64,000 nucleotides of DNA from Octopus sinensis (GCF_006345805.1 NC_043003.1:9548001-9612000); one strand, 5' to 3'. Shown: positions 12,441 through 26,843, numbered from the stretch's first letter. The notes: generated from the letters alone by a model not told the origin. Numbers and translations are program-made.

Positions 12441-13575
12441 CACACAAACACACATCAATATATTGAAATTTAAATGAAAAAAAGCTTCGATTATTATTTG
12501 AAATAACCCGAACGCTGAGAACATACATATCATTTAAATTAATGTTCTATCAAAAACGTTTCCTTTCATTTCTCAAAATAACGTTCCCACATGAACGCTG
12601 GCTGGTTAAAAGTAAAAATAATATAACTGTGTAATGCAGCAAAACGATTTTTTTCCATCTGCGACAACTAAAAAGTTGATACATTTATAAAAAATTATTT
12701 CTGGATTATAAAATATTTGAAGTTAACTGCAAGACCTCACAACTATTAAAAGATTTAGAATATGTATAATAATATTATACCTAAAGAATTATGAACAATA
12801 TATTTTCATAAATAAATTTTCGTGTAAATTCTATGTGACAGTCATACAGTAATTTATATTAATTATATATTGCTAGACAACCTAATAAAACTTCAAGCTA
12901 TGCTTCGATAACCCTATTGAAGAGTTGTAGTCAATTATATAGCTTCGGGAAAGTTTATATGTAGCACAATTTTAACGATTTGTTTCATAACACCGCTAAG
13001 AAATACATAGGCCATTCATTTGTCAAACGCTGTGATCATAAAGTCAAACATAGAGACAAGTATATGCAGAAAATGATGCAAAGAGACACAAATGTAGTTA
13101 CACTCACAAACATGCATACAAAGACACACATAAATGTATTCATGCTTGTGTCTATACATGCATATACATGTATACATAGGCACATGCAAACACAGTTGTA
13201 GAGAGAATCTTTCTACGACGCTCAATATTTTCCTTGTCACTAAATCTCAACGTTTTCATGTCTGAAAGAGTAACCAATATATCTCGCTCAACTGTTCCCA
13301 TTTCATTTCGCTCACTTTTCTTTCAGCTTACTAATTACATAAATTGTTAGAAAGATAGAAAGACAGAAAGATAGATGATAAGTATAGAAGAAATCGATTT
13401 ATATATCGTTGCAGGAAAGGGATTCTCGATGTAGGACATACAGTGAGAACTTTTATGTAATGATTTAAAAGTACTAAAAGCATTCAGGTCGACATAATTT
13501 TCGTTGCGATTTTACTTTCCTGTACATACATACTTACAAAAGTGCATACATACAAAAATACTTAAGTGACCATAC

Positions 13576-13611
<36 letters not shown>

Positions 13612-14074
13612 ATGTGTGTGTGTGTGTGTGTGTGTATGTTTCCTCTGTCTCTCTCTGTCTCTCTCTCTATATATATATGTATGTATATATATATATATGC
13701 ATGTATATATGTATATATATATTTGTATGTATGCATGTATGTATGTATGTATTTATGCATGTATGAATGTATGTGTGTATGTATGCATGTATGCCCGTGT
13801 GTGTCTTTGTATTTGCGTTTGCCCACACCAGCGCTTGACAACCGGTAGAATACATACCAGGTTTTAAAATAAAATTAATGGAATCGATGCGTTCAATTAA
13901 AACTCTTACAGACGGTACCCCAGCATTTCCGCAGTATTAACAAGTAAGAGATAAAGCAGTACATATATACGTATAATATATACATATATAATACATGTAT
14001 GCAGGTATATATAGATGTTTGTATGTGTGCGTGTATAATAATAATAATAATAAAAAACTTTTTTTTAATAATAA

Positions 14075-14251
14075 CAAACTTTTTAAAAAAAATTTATGTA
14101 TTAGACATTCACTAGTACAACACCCAAAAAACCCAAATATATGGCACACTAGGCATAACAACAACGTGAACTTCCAACCTGTTGTCTCTTGAGGTATCTG
14201 GGTGAGACTTGGAGCCAACTTGTACAGACATAAAGCAAAAGTCAAACATAG
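14075..14251 (+). mobile_element. R4/Dong-like LINE, 3'UTR-only copy
   Basis: Near-identical to the 3'UTR at ~14850-14995. Ends aaacatag followed by (AAT)n, with (AAT)n upstream. Confidence 0.75.
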
Positions 14252-14277
14252 AATAATAATAATAATAATAATAATAA

Positions 14278-14995
14278 AATGAAACCATTGATCATGTTGT
14301 CTCCAAATGCAGTCTTCTAGAGCCTACAGAGTACCTCAACAGGCATGATAGAGCTGCACAATATATTCACTGGGTAATTTGCAAAAACCTGGATTTGCCC
14401 CATGAAAAAACTGGTGGGAACACAATCCACCTCCAGTGCTTGAAAATGACCACATCTCACTCCTCTGGAACTTCACCATTCAAACTGACAGAAAGATAGA
14501 TGCAAATAGGCCAGACATCATATTGAAAGACTTCAGACAAAGAACATGCTTCCTCATTGACATGACTGTCCCAATCGATATAAACGTATCTGTCAAGACC
14601 AACCAAAAACTGAGCAAATATAAAGATCTTGAAATAGAAATCAGCAAAATGTGGAAGGTGAAGACTAAAACAATACCTGTTGTCATAGGTGCCCTAGGAA
14701 TGATGGCGAAAGGGACTGATGCTACCTAACTCAGATACCAGGAAACCCCAAAATGGCAGAAATTCAAAAGATAGTGCTCATGGAAACTGCTCATATCCTA
14801 CGCAAAATACTCTCTATGTAATCCCGAGGTTTAAAACAAACTTTTTTTTTCACTAGTACAACACCGAAAAAAAAAAACAAATATATGGCACACTAGGCAT
14901 AACAACAACGTGAACTTCCAACCTGTTGTCTTTTGAGGTCTCTGGGTGAGACTTGGAGCCAACTTGTACAGACATAAAGCAAAATTCAAACATAG
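14278..14995 (+). mobile_element. R4/Dong-like non-LTR retrotransposon 3' fragment (CCHC plus RLE endonuclease, frameshifted)
   Basis: ETIDHVVSKC..RHD, NRPDI..LID..KYKDL..VIGALG..HILRKILSM* (stop at 14819-14821). Frameshifts near 14410 and 14725; flanked by (TAA)n. Confidence 0.9.
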
Positions 14996-16062
14996 AATAA
15001 TAATAATGATAAGACAAAAGAATCAAATTTCGATATTAGGTAAATAGAAGAATTTATATATGTATAGTTTAGGACAATCAGTAAGTTGTCAAAATAGGAC
15101 TCAGTGTTTCAAATGCCGAATCTAAGAGCTACGATGTATTCTCGTTGGCTATGTTATAATAGCCGATGAGAATGCATCGGAGCTCTTAGCAACGGCATTT
15201 GCAGCGCTCAGTCCTATTATGACAACTTACAGATAGTTCTAAACTATATATGTGTATGAATGTGTGTGTGTGTGAGTGTGTGTTTTATGCAATGTTTGAA
15301 TTTGTATTTCTAAATCAATATGAATTAACTAATTGTGTATGTTATGAATGCTTTAGGTGCTTTTTATATCTGCATGGTAGATTAAACGAAATAAGACTTT
15401 TTCAAAATTTGTTTCTGTGAACAAGACCAATTTGCTATCCGGTAGTGTGAATAATTTCCTTTTAATTATTATAATGATCTCCTTGCAAAGATCATTGCAA
15501 TATATAGGTTCTGGTGGAAATCAGACATTTTAAATGGGATAAAGGGAAATGAGCATCAGCCACAGAACGGAAGTATGATATCGGAAGATAATAGGTACGA
15601 ATGTTAGACGACATAAAGGTAAAATAAATGAAATATAGAAAGACAAAAAGAATAAAGTGTAAAAAAAAGCTTGGTTAGAGCAATAATATCAGCTGTCTGC
15701 CTGTATTGTGGCTCTAACTGGGTGATTCGCAAGTTTCTAAGTAGGTACGTTTCAATATGTCTGCATTTTTTAATTACCTATGATCTAAAGTTTATAAACG
15801 ATATTGTTTCCGTAGTCCACGAGAGATACTTCTTTTTTCTCTCTATTGTATAAAGATCATAACTTTCATTTCAAACCTTACAATATTGCAAGTATGTTAT
15901 ATATCTTACCTTGGCATGCACACCATGCTTAATCGAAGGAGAGATACCTGACAACATTTATGGACGAGTTATTCACCTTAACGGTGAATAATGTGCATCT
16001 TTTTATCAAGTACAATTCGGTATTATTTATAGTAATTAGCAAATATTGTACTAAATATATAT

Positions 16063-16115
<53 letters not shown>

Positions 16116-16173
16116 TTGTGAGTGTACGTGTATATATATATATATATCATACATACATGTACATATATATATA

Positions 16174-16217
<44 letters not shown>

Positions 16218-16220
<3 letters not shown>

Positions 16221-16645
16221 GAAATATGAAATATAAAATACACATGGAAATGTAAGGGTAAAATAGGAAAAATCAACGAAAATGCACATTGCAAATAAAA
16301 AAATCCTATTTATAACAGGTAACGAAAAATATATACATTTAGATTGACTGAGGTAGTAATACAAGTCATAAAAGCCATTATCATGAAATGATTATAAGAT
16401 GATAATAAAGTAAGAGAACAAAGCGAACCATGGTTTACGCAAAACTATTCATCGTTTTGATGAATAGCTTTGCGTAAACCATGGTTCGCTTTGTTCTCTT
16501 ACTTTATTATCATCTTATAATCATTTCATGATAATGACTTTTATGATTCGTATAACTACCTCAGTCAATCTAAATGTATATATTTGTCGTTACCTGTCAT
16601 AGATAGCATTTTTTTATTTGCAATGTGTATTTTCGTTGATTTTTC
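16218..16645 (-). mobile_element. Asymmetric fold-back element (Penelope-like) between (TA)n tracts
   Basis: ~187-bp inverted arms 16267-16453 and 16459-16645, a 5-nt loop, and a ~49-nt extension on one side only. Confidence 0.7.
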
Positions 16646-16683
16646 ATATAAATATATATTTACATATATATATAATATATATA

Positions 16684-16737
<54 letters not shown>

Positions 16738-17754
16738 GTATGTTGTACTGTTCAGTATATATTCAGTGTATTTGTGTGTGCGTGCATGTGTGTTTCGTTA
16801 TTGGTAGGATGGAAAACATGTACTCCATTGAGTGAGAGATAAATAGCATTTAATAAAAACGTGGTTTAAATGTGCACTACCATAAGTAACTTGCTCGTAT
16901 ACTGCCGTAATAAGACAGGATGGTATAGTGTGCCGTTTAGTATGCGTATCTTCTGTAGAAGTTAAGTTAAATAAATATGTAATGTATATATATAAATATA
17001 TACGTACTTACATGTATATATACATACATATAGACAGACAGACACACGCGAACAGACAGACATATGTTTGTGAATGGGTATATATATATATGTAAATACA
17101 TGTGATTGTGTGCTTATATGTGTGTGTGTTAATATTTTCATATGCATACAAATACACGCACAAAATTGTTTTCCGGTAATAATACTTTTCGTCGAACTCA
17201 CGGATTATTTTCCTCCTTATATCTTATAAAGTGAATCTTTCCCAAACCGTTATGGGCTATAAAACCATTAAAATATCGATGGAAGAAAATAAAACATGTC
17301 TTCATTTTAATTTATTTACATAAATTTAACTAATTTTCATTTTTGCATAACTTCTCACCTGCTTTGAAGGAATGTTTCTTTCAAATATATATTTTACACA
17401 TAGCAATGGTTTAAGCAAGCCTAAATATACTAATATAATACATATAGACGTGTGTGTACTCATATGGATGATTTTATAAAGGCACCTACTATGTTAAACT
17501 ATGTTTTTCGTGTAGTATAACGATTTCGAACAATGAAATGTTCCTAATTGATGACCAAAGTATGTTGTGAAACTTAATGCATTACACTACGTTCTTTTCA
17601 ATGTGCAGTTCTTTAGAGGTCCCAACTTCATTTTTCTACCTTTTCGCCTGAGAAAGTGCTTTCGCCTGAGTAGATTCGAATACAGGTTTATTACTAGAAG
17701 TGACTTTTTCTATCTTAAACAATTTTTTGATAATCCCAGGAGTATCACGTAAGA

Positions 17755-17853
17755 AACATATGTAGAGAAATGTCTAAATATGTAGACAAATGCCTAAATA
17801 TGTAGACAAATGTCTAAATATGTAGACAAATGTCTAAATATGTAGACAAATGT
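17755..17853. repeat. 20-bp minisatellite (aaatatgtagacaaatgtct) x~5
   Basis: Direct tandem copies without spacers. Confidence 0.9.
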
Positions 17854-18561
17854 ATTCTCAGCAATGAAAAGTTTATAAACGCCTGTGGCCATAAGCCTAT
17901 GTACGTGAGAGTTTCTTTTATCGTGTTTACTACTTTATACTAAACCTGTTAGAGTTTAGTGATAACGAGGAGACGGAAGAGGATATGTATTGATTGATAC
18001 ATTAATCTAATTAAAATGTAAAAGGAAGGAAATCGATAAAAACACTTCAGAGTGACGTTGGTTTGTTGTGAACAATAGAATTCAAATTCGTCTTGCATGT
18101 TTATCATATCAATCACCACTAATACCTCTAATTGCTATGCTCAAGAGATGATTCTTTAGTGGTACCTAAATACCGTTGCGTATAATTTTCCACAAATAAT
18201 AATCTTCTTTAGAAATATATGTATAAGCCATGCAGGCAGTCGGTCTGTATTTTATTGTTCAAAAATGACTATTTACATTTTAGTTTCATTTATTTTAGCG
18301 ATATCCATTTATCAAATTTAAAACCTAAAATATTACTTATGACTACTTTTAGGATTTCAAGTGTTATTTTAGTTAAATATCTTTATCGTATCGAAATATC
18401 TATGAATCCCGCTTAGTGTAAATGTGTTATTATTCCAAGGAAATCATATTGTGTCCGAGAGGCGTTCTTCTTAAACGTCAGAAAGTAACTTATAAACAGA
18501 TCCTTACATTGTTTTTGCCGCCTTTTTTAATTAATCCATACTTTATTATTTGTAGCAGTAA

Positions 18562-18770
18562 GGCGGTGAGCTGGCAGAGTTGTTAGTGCACCGGACAAAT
18601 TATTTGGCGGAATTTCACACATGCTTATGTTCTGAGTACAAGTCCTGCTGAGGTCCACCTATCATTTCGGGGTCGATAAAATAAGTACCAGTCGAGTAAT
18701 GGAGACAATGTCCTCGAATTACATCCCACCCGAACGTGTTGGGTTTGGGACAAAATTTAAAATCAATATT
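18562..18770 (+). mobile_element. tRNA-derived SINE, family A
   Basis: ggcggtgagctggcagag head and ttcggggtcgataaaataagtaccag central motif. Confidence 0.8.
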
Positions 18771-21700
18771 TAATAATAACCTGTATATTGTAAAACTACT
18801 TTGGGATTTCTTGTATTTTTATTTGTATTGACTAGACTCTTACTGCATAGTCATCGTCCAGTTCCTCTCCTGCTTGTGTTAATGATAATGTTTACTATAC
18901 ATTATAAAGAAAGAATATTGCAAACTACAGAATTCGTTTACTGCTGCCCACAAACATATAGAGTTCATTTAAATTATCATTTAATCTATGTATTTCATTG
19001 TCTCTTGTCTTTGCAGAGGCACTTTTAGTCATGATATGTATCTCTATAAATCGTGTGATAACAACCTACGTATAATATGTAACAGCTAATAGATTACTAA
19101 CGTATAAATAGCAGCTGGATTTTATTTGATTCCTCCAGTCATAGAAGAATGTAATGTTGTGTTATTCGTTGTCTGTACTGTGTTTGTGTTAGTGCAAACG
19201 TTCGATAATTATGTATCATCAAAGTCTGTTTAAGTTTTAAACATTAATATAAATTTAATATTCTGTAAGTCTATTCTGTCTTATTTCTATATTGATTGTA
19301 TGTGTTGTGGTTAACATGAGATATTTATTATATTGCTTTATTGTCTGTTGAAATCAGTTCATCTGCATGTTGAGGCCATATATATCTGCTGAAGTTTTAA
19401 ATGTCTAAATTGGCTTGTATCTCAGATTAAAGGTCACATAGGAAATTTTTGTTTGTATATCTGAAAAGTAAATTCATATGAATAACAAAAACCACAGTTG
19501 AATATAGAACTAAGAAATTGATAAAAGAATTTTAATATTACAGCATCATATAGACACATTAAAACATAATAGTAGAATGAAAAATTGATAATGCAGTGAC
19601 GAACTCCATCATATGTGAGCTGTTATGCCACAATAATGGAAGGACCTATATATAACAGAGAAGATCATAGCAATACTTAATCTGCAGCTGCAAGGTATAT
19701 TATTTGTAAATATGTTATTTAAAGCATGAGTCAACAAACTTTTATCAGAGAAGCTTTTATATCTTGGAGGAGTAATGATGCTTTTAAGCGACACATCTAA
19801 CACAGTCATGACACCACTACTTCAAATATATAATAAAAGTTTACATTACCGATGTAAATTTGTAAATTCCTAATATTTGGGATGGAGTGCACTTTATTTA
19901 TGAGGTTGTTTCCAGTCGAGTTATTTGTCACTGTGTCTACACTCTCTCACTGGGTTGGAGTTCTTTTCTTTACACGAATTCGTTTTTAGCGAAGCTGTTC
20001 AATGAATAAATTGTATTTTCAACTATACTTTCTGTATAGTTGATATTATTGCATTAAAGTAAAACTTTGATGAAAGTAAAAGATTTTGCGCAAGATGTCA
20101 ATAGTAGTGTAAACCAAAAAAAAACAAAAACATTTTCATCATGCGCACAAGTCTGCACTATTCTTCAAAAATTCTCTACGTGATACACGGACGCAAGCAT
20201 AAAAACGCATTCATACATATCCACACACACACGCGCGCACGCACATACTCGCACACACACAAATATATATATACGTCAGTGTGTTTAAGTGCAGTAATGT
20301 TTGGTTATATGTGCTCACATGTATATATGAATACACACGTATAAATAATGTAAGCAATTTGATAATTCATAATATCAGTTCTCTTCTTTCTAATAATCAT
20401 TTATAGCAATGGCTATCTGATTTCAACGAAAAATGTCAGTTATTATCCAACAGTATCTCTCAAGTTGTATCAGACAATGTAATCGCTACTAATTTTGTGG
20501 AATTTGTTCCTGGACAATAATTCGTTTTCACTCTTTTTCGCCATAATGATAGTTGGTAAATTACATATTTGTGCCTCTCTCTGATCACCATTCTTTTGTT
20601 GAAGTTGACATTTTTGGTTTCTTTTTTGTCGCAGTTTTCAAATTTATTTTCTCTCCTCACGTTCCTGTTACTTACGACTGCAAATATATCTGTTTTGATC
20701 TTATTTTTCTCACCCTCAGTTACACTATTACTATTCCTCCTAGATCTCGAAATAAACTTTTCAAAGACTGCAACATAAGTGTCGTGGAGGACTTTCAGCA
20801 TGATCTTTGAGAGTATTTTCTGCATTCCGCTATCAAGACCATGGTGAGAGTCTGCCGCAACAGTATTTTCAACTGTTTGTCTCCCAGCTCCATGCAAAGA
20901 AAAACAGACTTGTCCCTAGATAAGCTGGTAGTCTCTTAGCTATGTGTACTTTGAACAATACAACAATGTTTTTCGATGTTGTGAAGTTTCCGCAATTCAA
21001 TCATTGCATGGATACTGTAATTGAGTTGTATGTGTATAAAGACATGCGTATATATGTATGTATATATGTGCATATGGCAATAAGATTTTGTATGATTCCT
21101 AATATGACCTAATTCTAATAATTAATATGTGCGCGCGCAATTGGTGTATGCATTCTTTGTGCTTTGTGTACATAGCAATGTTTTTGTAGTGTACAAGTGT
21201 CTGATCACTATGCCTTATTCCAGGAAACATGTAATCATATTAAAGGATGTGTTCATTCGCTTATTGAAACAGAAACGGATTTGGTTAGCATCCACCGAGC
21301 AAAGAATATCTCAGGATAACTCGGATGAAACTGTGAAGTCACTAGAACTGCGATATATGCAAAGTCATCTGAAAAAGAATATTGCGCGAGTATTGTCCTC
21401 GTTTTTGAGGAATATTTTTCCTGCGCTCGGCAAATTACTGGAGCTGAAATCGATTTAGGCGTTTTGTATGCAGAATATTGCCAAGCGTTCACTAAACTTA
21501 ATCAGTTGGCCAACGTGATTGTTGGAGCATAAACTCTGACATTCTGTGGTGGAGTATATGAATGACAATAACCAGACAACAGGTCAATGCATCGGATGAA
21601 AGTTTAACACTTCAGCAGGACATTCATGTGCAAGGCTATGAAGAATTCAGCTTCAAAAAGACACAGTAAGTCTGTGATTGGGGGGGGGGGTTGCGGATGT

Positions 21701-22239
21701 AGACAAATAGACGGGTTGCAGTTGACATCAATCAATTCTATCCAAGTTGAATGTATCGCGAACCCATTCGGAGTATACATGTTTTGTGTCGGTTCAGTGA
21801 AAAAAGTCTATGGAACCATATCTTACAATTGGTGTCACATGTGGAGTGTATTGGACAATCAAGCGAGTGTATCTCGACGATGACTCATCTCTTTCCTTTG
21901 TAGAGAAAACCCCGTCAGTCTTTGTCTCTGACAAGAGACGATGGCGAACAAAGTTGGGTGGTGGAAGCAGTAAAAAACACTGAGAGTAGACACTTATCTC
22001 TCAACACAATAACTCACCAGTTTCCTGAAATATCACTTGAATGGTAAATATTATGTTGGAGAAATGCGAAAAGCCTACAATAACTATGTGGCTGTGAGAA
22101 ATTCTCAGCTAACACTTCCTTTTGGTGTGTCAATTTAATCTTGAATGTTATGTGGATAACCTCATTTCGGAAATACTTTCCAATTCTTATTTTGCTAATA
22201 GTCCTTTATTATTATTATTATTATTATTATTATCATTAT

Positions 22240-22620
22240 TGTTTATGATTCTCATTTTTATTTACTCATATTACTGAATTCACCATTTTTCTCAGTATAC
22301 TGTTTTTACCTTTTGTATTTGTACTATCCCCAGTAATAAATAATTAGTATCATTTTCCCATATCGTGTGCCTTCAGAGCCCTGCCGAGCGCATGCAGTGT
22401 TTGGTTTTGGATTTGTAGTAAGTGTGCAATGTCAATGGTTACTGTTACTCTGTGTTGTGTATAAATCCTGGTGTTTTGCTTATGTACTTTGCATGCTTCC
22501 ATTATTTCCCAAAGCATGATTGTTTTTGTTGTCACATCTCTTCATGTTGGTTATCTCTATCTCCAGATCTTTCGATAATTCTTCCATTTCATTTACAGAT
22601 ACATCCTCATCTGTTGGTAC
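22240..22620 (-). mobile_element. Old R4/Dong-like 3' fragment
   Basis: The minus strand gives EELSKDLEIEITNM (compare EKLSKYKDLEIEVTRM). Similar to the 26-27 kb copies; its 3' end lies at the (TTA)n tract 22204-22240. Confidence 0.55.
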
Positions 22621-24300
22621 TTATGATTTCAGACTCCTTTACTTCTGGGCCTAACAAATGACGGCCTTAATAATACTGTGTGTGTGTGAATTGACATATT
22701 TCCGATTATAGCCGTTTTGTCATTCTCTTCGGCAACTTATGGTTTACAATTATACATCCTTTTTTTCTCACAGTATTTAATAATACAATCACCAACGCTT
22801 TCATGCCTGCAAACATACTCTAGTAAAAATAAGTAGGCAGACAAAATGAGATAATTGTTTCTTTCCTGTTTGCTAGTCATTCACTGAATTCATTTTGCTT
22901 TATTAAATGCTTGTGGTAAATTTCTACTGGGGAAGATTTGAAGGTGTGCCGCAATTAAGAAGACTTTAATGTCATCTTTCGATCCTGCTCTCAACAAACG
23001 CTGCGATTTATTTTTGTCTTATTCCATCCTGTCCGCTGTTTTTGACTTTGCTGTCAGTAGCACATTTTAGAGTAGTTTTTAACCGTTTCGAATTGCTATT
23101 TTTGGTCTTCTTTCAATCGCATTTGGATGTTTTTAAGCAACTATTTTATATTTGTTCATTTCTTTGAAGACAAGAAAAGTTTTAATAGCTTTTAGTTTTC
23201 CATGAATTGTATTAGCTTGCCTTGGTTCTTCACAACATATTTTGTAGTTCGTCATTGAATATTTCTTAATAGTTTTCCAGTTAAATAAGGCCCCTTCTTG
23301 CAATCAATGTAAATATAATATTTTACGTCATATTTGGAGTAATGTATTCTAAATGCAGTTAGTTTTGAACGAGTTTTTTTAAATGAAATTTCTCAACTTG
23401 AAATATACCTATAAATGATAGTCCCAGATATATCTGATAAAACACCTATGGGCAGAAAATAGGGTGGGGACACCATCATAATTGATGACACACAACTGTC
23501 CAACATCAGACGGCTGTGATACCTATTACACTAGAGGGACCTTTCTAACTTTCAGCTGGCAAATTTGAAACTTTGTTTTTACAGACGACAAAGTCTTGTT
23601 TGAATATTTTTAAACATTAAGAAGTGTGGTAACAAGCTTTTTACCGAAGTTACTCGAACGCAAATTGTCTGCGGCGGACACGCGGTTCGATTCCTTTCAA
23701 TGACTCATTCAACACATTGTTTTCTTTTTTAAGGATATTTTATCCGATCTATCATAAATTATATTCCATAGCTATATTCAGTGGCTTCATATAAATCATA
23801 ATTTTCAATTGAATTATTTCTTCATATGTACGAATCAAAGTATTCTTTGTGCTTCAGTTTTTCTTTATAGATTCGCACATTCATTTTGCCTCAATGCAGT
23901 AATGGATAACCATAATTTATGTGTCTATGACAGCTAGGTTATTAATGCACTTAACTTTAATATGAGTATTAACTTTAACTTCAATCATCTCTCCTATCTA
24001 TTCCAAATCTCCACTTTCTGTGTACTTGTTGTATTCAATCTATTCTATTGGTTGCTAGGTGTTTTAGATCCACTAATAATTTAATTGATGTGCTTGCGAT
24101 TTTTTTATGAAGCAAGATATTAGAAGTTTTAATCAAATTTCTTTAATGGTCAGTTTTTTTTTCTAAACTTAATCTCAAAAGAGTTCTTTTAATTCTGCAG
24201 AAGTGTTTCTATATTCAGTGTAATAACTGCATTTGGCCACCACGTAAAAAATATTAATTGCTAACTCATCGAACTTTTACCAGTATGTATTCTAATATAA

Positions 24301-24508
24301 TCCTTTCGACTATAGACACATGGCCTGAAATTTGTGGGGAGGGCGTAAGTCGATTTCATCGACCCTAGTTTCTCACTAGTACTTAATTTATCGACCTCAA
24401 AACGATGAAAGGCAAAGTCGACGAAATTCGAACTCAGAACATAGCGGCAGACAAAATAACACTACGCAGTTCTCCCGGCGTGCTAACGATTCTGCCAGCT
24501 TGCCGCCT
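24301..24508 (-). mobile_element. tRNA-derived SINE, family A
   Basis: Full head, central domain and ggcc...aaatttg tail on the minus strand. Confidence 0.85.
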
Positions 24509-24707
24509 TAATGTATTCTAATATTAAAGGTTTTGGCACCAATGAAGAAGGAATGGATAGGGTAATGCAGTGAGAGTCTATTTCTTTCTTTTCTATCCGC
24601 TATTATTCACAAGTGAATTGAACTATGTCAATGTATTCCATGCTCATACTTCTTAACAGTATTCAGTTATAGATTTATTACTCAATAATTATCGCCATCT
24701 GAAGAGA

Positions 24708-25012
24708 AGGTGCGTGGCTAAGTGGTTACCCTCAATATTGTAAGGTCGTGCGTTCGATACTTGTGGGCGCGTTGTGTCGTTGAGCTAGATATTTTATTTC
24801 ATGTCGTTCCAGTCCACTCAGCTGCCAGAAATGATCTGTACCTGTATTTCAACAGGCCAGCCTTGTTTCATTCTGTGCCACACTGAATTTCCCTGGTAAC
24901 TACGTTAAGGGTACGCATGTCTGTGGAGAGCTCAGCCACTTTGAAGTTAATTTCACGGGCGGGCTCTTCCGTTGATGAGACCAGCTGGAACTCTTGTCAT
25001 CGTAACCGACGC
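24708..25012 (+). mobile_element. tRNA-derived CORE-type SINE (family B variant)
   Basis: tggctaagtgg A box, gttcgatac B box, CORE-like gtgtcgttgagctagatattttatttcatg. Confidence 0.65.
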
Positions 25013-25287
25013 CATATGAACTTTGCAGCATCCATTAGTTCTTCCCGAAAGAGGATGACTTACCCCTTCATATTAATAGTAATGCAACATTAATGCAGTT
25101 GAATCTTTGTTAGCTGTTGGACGGCAGATTATGTACTTGAAATGTGTAGTGTTTGCTGAAGATAAAGAAGGTTTCCTTAAAATTCAGAACACCTATCTCG
25201 CTTCTGTAGTATCTTATCGATCATTTTTGCTGTCATAGTGTGTGACTTGATCTTTACCACATTACATTGTACTAATGCCTTCAAGTT

Positions 25288-25371
<84 letters not shown>

Positions 25372-25506
25372 CATCATCATCATCATTATATATTTGTTTT
25401 GCAAGATTTTTGATGAGAAATCGTGTGTTGAAACAGATATTGTTGTATTTAGGAATGGTCATTTTATTGGCTAAACTTGCAACATGACCATTCCTAGGTA
25501 CAACAA

Positions 25507-25554
<48 letters not shown>

Positions 25555-25555
25555 C

Positions 25556-26030
25556 ATTGAGTGAGAGAGCAGTGCATACCATCAAAGTGACACTGGGGTA
25601 CAAATATACCCATCATGATTTACCGTCTGATAAGGGTATACCAGGCACATGCATCACAACCATATGTGCGCGACATGGTGATCTCATATCAAGATAAACA
25701 GCGCATGACCTTGCAGGTGGGGCTCAGATAGAATTTTCTTTGAGTCGTGTAGCCCACCCCACTCAAAAGGTCCCTGAATAAGGTTTGTTCAAGAGTGACG
25801 AATGAAACATCCATGTTCCCAGAGCTGAATTATTCAAACCTTAATGATTTCCTCTCAACACATGGCTGTGATGCTCCCCTACTACCATTTTTGCACGTGA
25901 TCAGAGAGGCACATATCGTCAGCCACTAAGCGACATACTCAACTGATTACGGTGAAGCAAATGACAAGTAAATCTGTGGTATTGAGCAGAGTATTTGCAG
26001 TAGCCTATCTTTTATACCAAAACAAAACAT
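25556..26030. mobile_element. Unclassified interspersed repeat ending at a (TTA)n tract
   Basis: GC-elevated ~470-bp block abutting (TTA)n; family not identified. Confidence 0.35.
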
Positions 26031-26089
26031 GTACATGATCAGACTTCTAAACCTCAGAGAGCCACTGCCTGGTGCTACATCGGGGCATA

Positions 26090-26128
<39 letters not shown>

Positions 26129-26135
26129 CATTATT

Positions 26136-26755
26136 CAGTAGTTTTATTTTTATAGCGTGCTTTCACTTCACTACCGAGCGCAGCTCTGTGTGCCTTGGGT
26201 ATGTGCTGTGATTTGTTGTGATGCTCCGATGGTTATTGTATGGAAAGTGTTCTGCGTAGGATGTGTGCAGTGCCTAGTAGTGCAATTTTCTGTATGTTAT
26301 ATGTGTTTGTAAGTCCTGGTGTTTTTGTTATGTATTTGTCTGAATATTTTTTTATCATGCCTAATGCACCTACTATGATAGGAATTGTTTCTGTTTTCAG
26401 ATTCCACATTCTAGTTACCTCTATATCCAGGTCTTTGTATTTTGAGAGTTTCTCCATTTCTTTTAGAGACACGTTGTCATCTGCCGGTATTGATACATCA
26501 ATTAGAAAGCATTTTTTTTCTTCATGATCTCTGACAACTATATCTGGTCTGTTGGCCTTAATTTCTCTATCTGTGTGTATCGGCATATCCCAGAGTATGG
26601 TTGCTTTCTCGTTTTCTGTGACCTTTTCTGGTGTGTGCCTATACCATCTTTTTTCTGTTGTTATTCCATAATGTTGGCATAGCTTCCAATGTATGTAGGT
26701 TCCAACTCTGTCATGTCTGTGAATATATCCTTCTTAGCCAGGACTGGGCAGCTAG
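26136..26755 (-). mobile_element. R4/Dong-like 3' fragment (RLE domain), copy 1 of a tandem pair
   Basis: ORF MPIHTDREIKANRPDIVV..LIDVSIP..KYKDL..IIVGALG; (TTA)n on both sides. Confidence 0.92.
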
Positions 26756-26756
26756 A

Positions 26757-26807
<51 letters not shown>

Positions 26808-26843
26808 TATTATTATTATATTATTATTATTATTATCATTATT

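Noticed and set aside
17755-17853. Regular 20-bp repeats as a possible CRISPR-like array
   Set aside because: No unique spacers and a eukaryotic context; a simple minisatellite.
19609-19809. RLSIAM resembling the Helitron helicase RLAFAMTINK motif
   Set aside because: The following KSQG and flanking motifs are absent.
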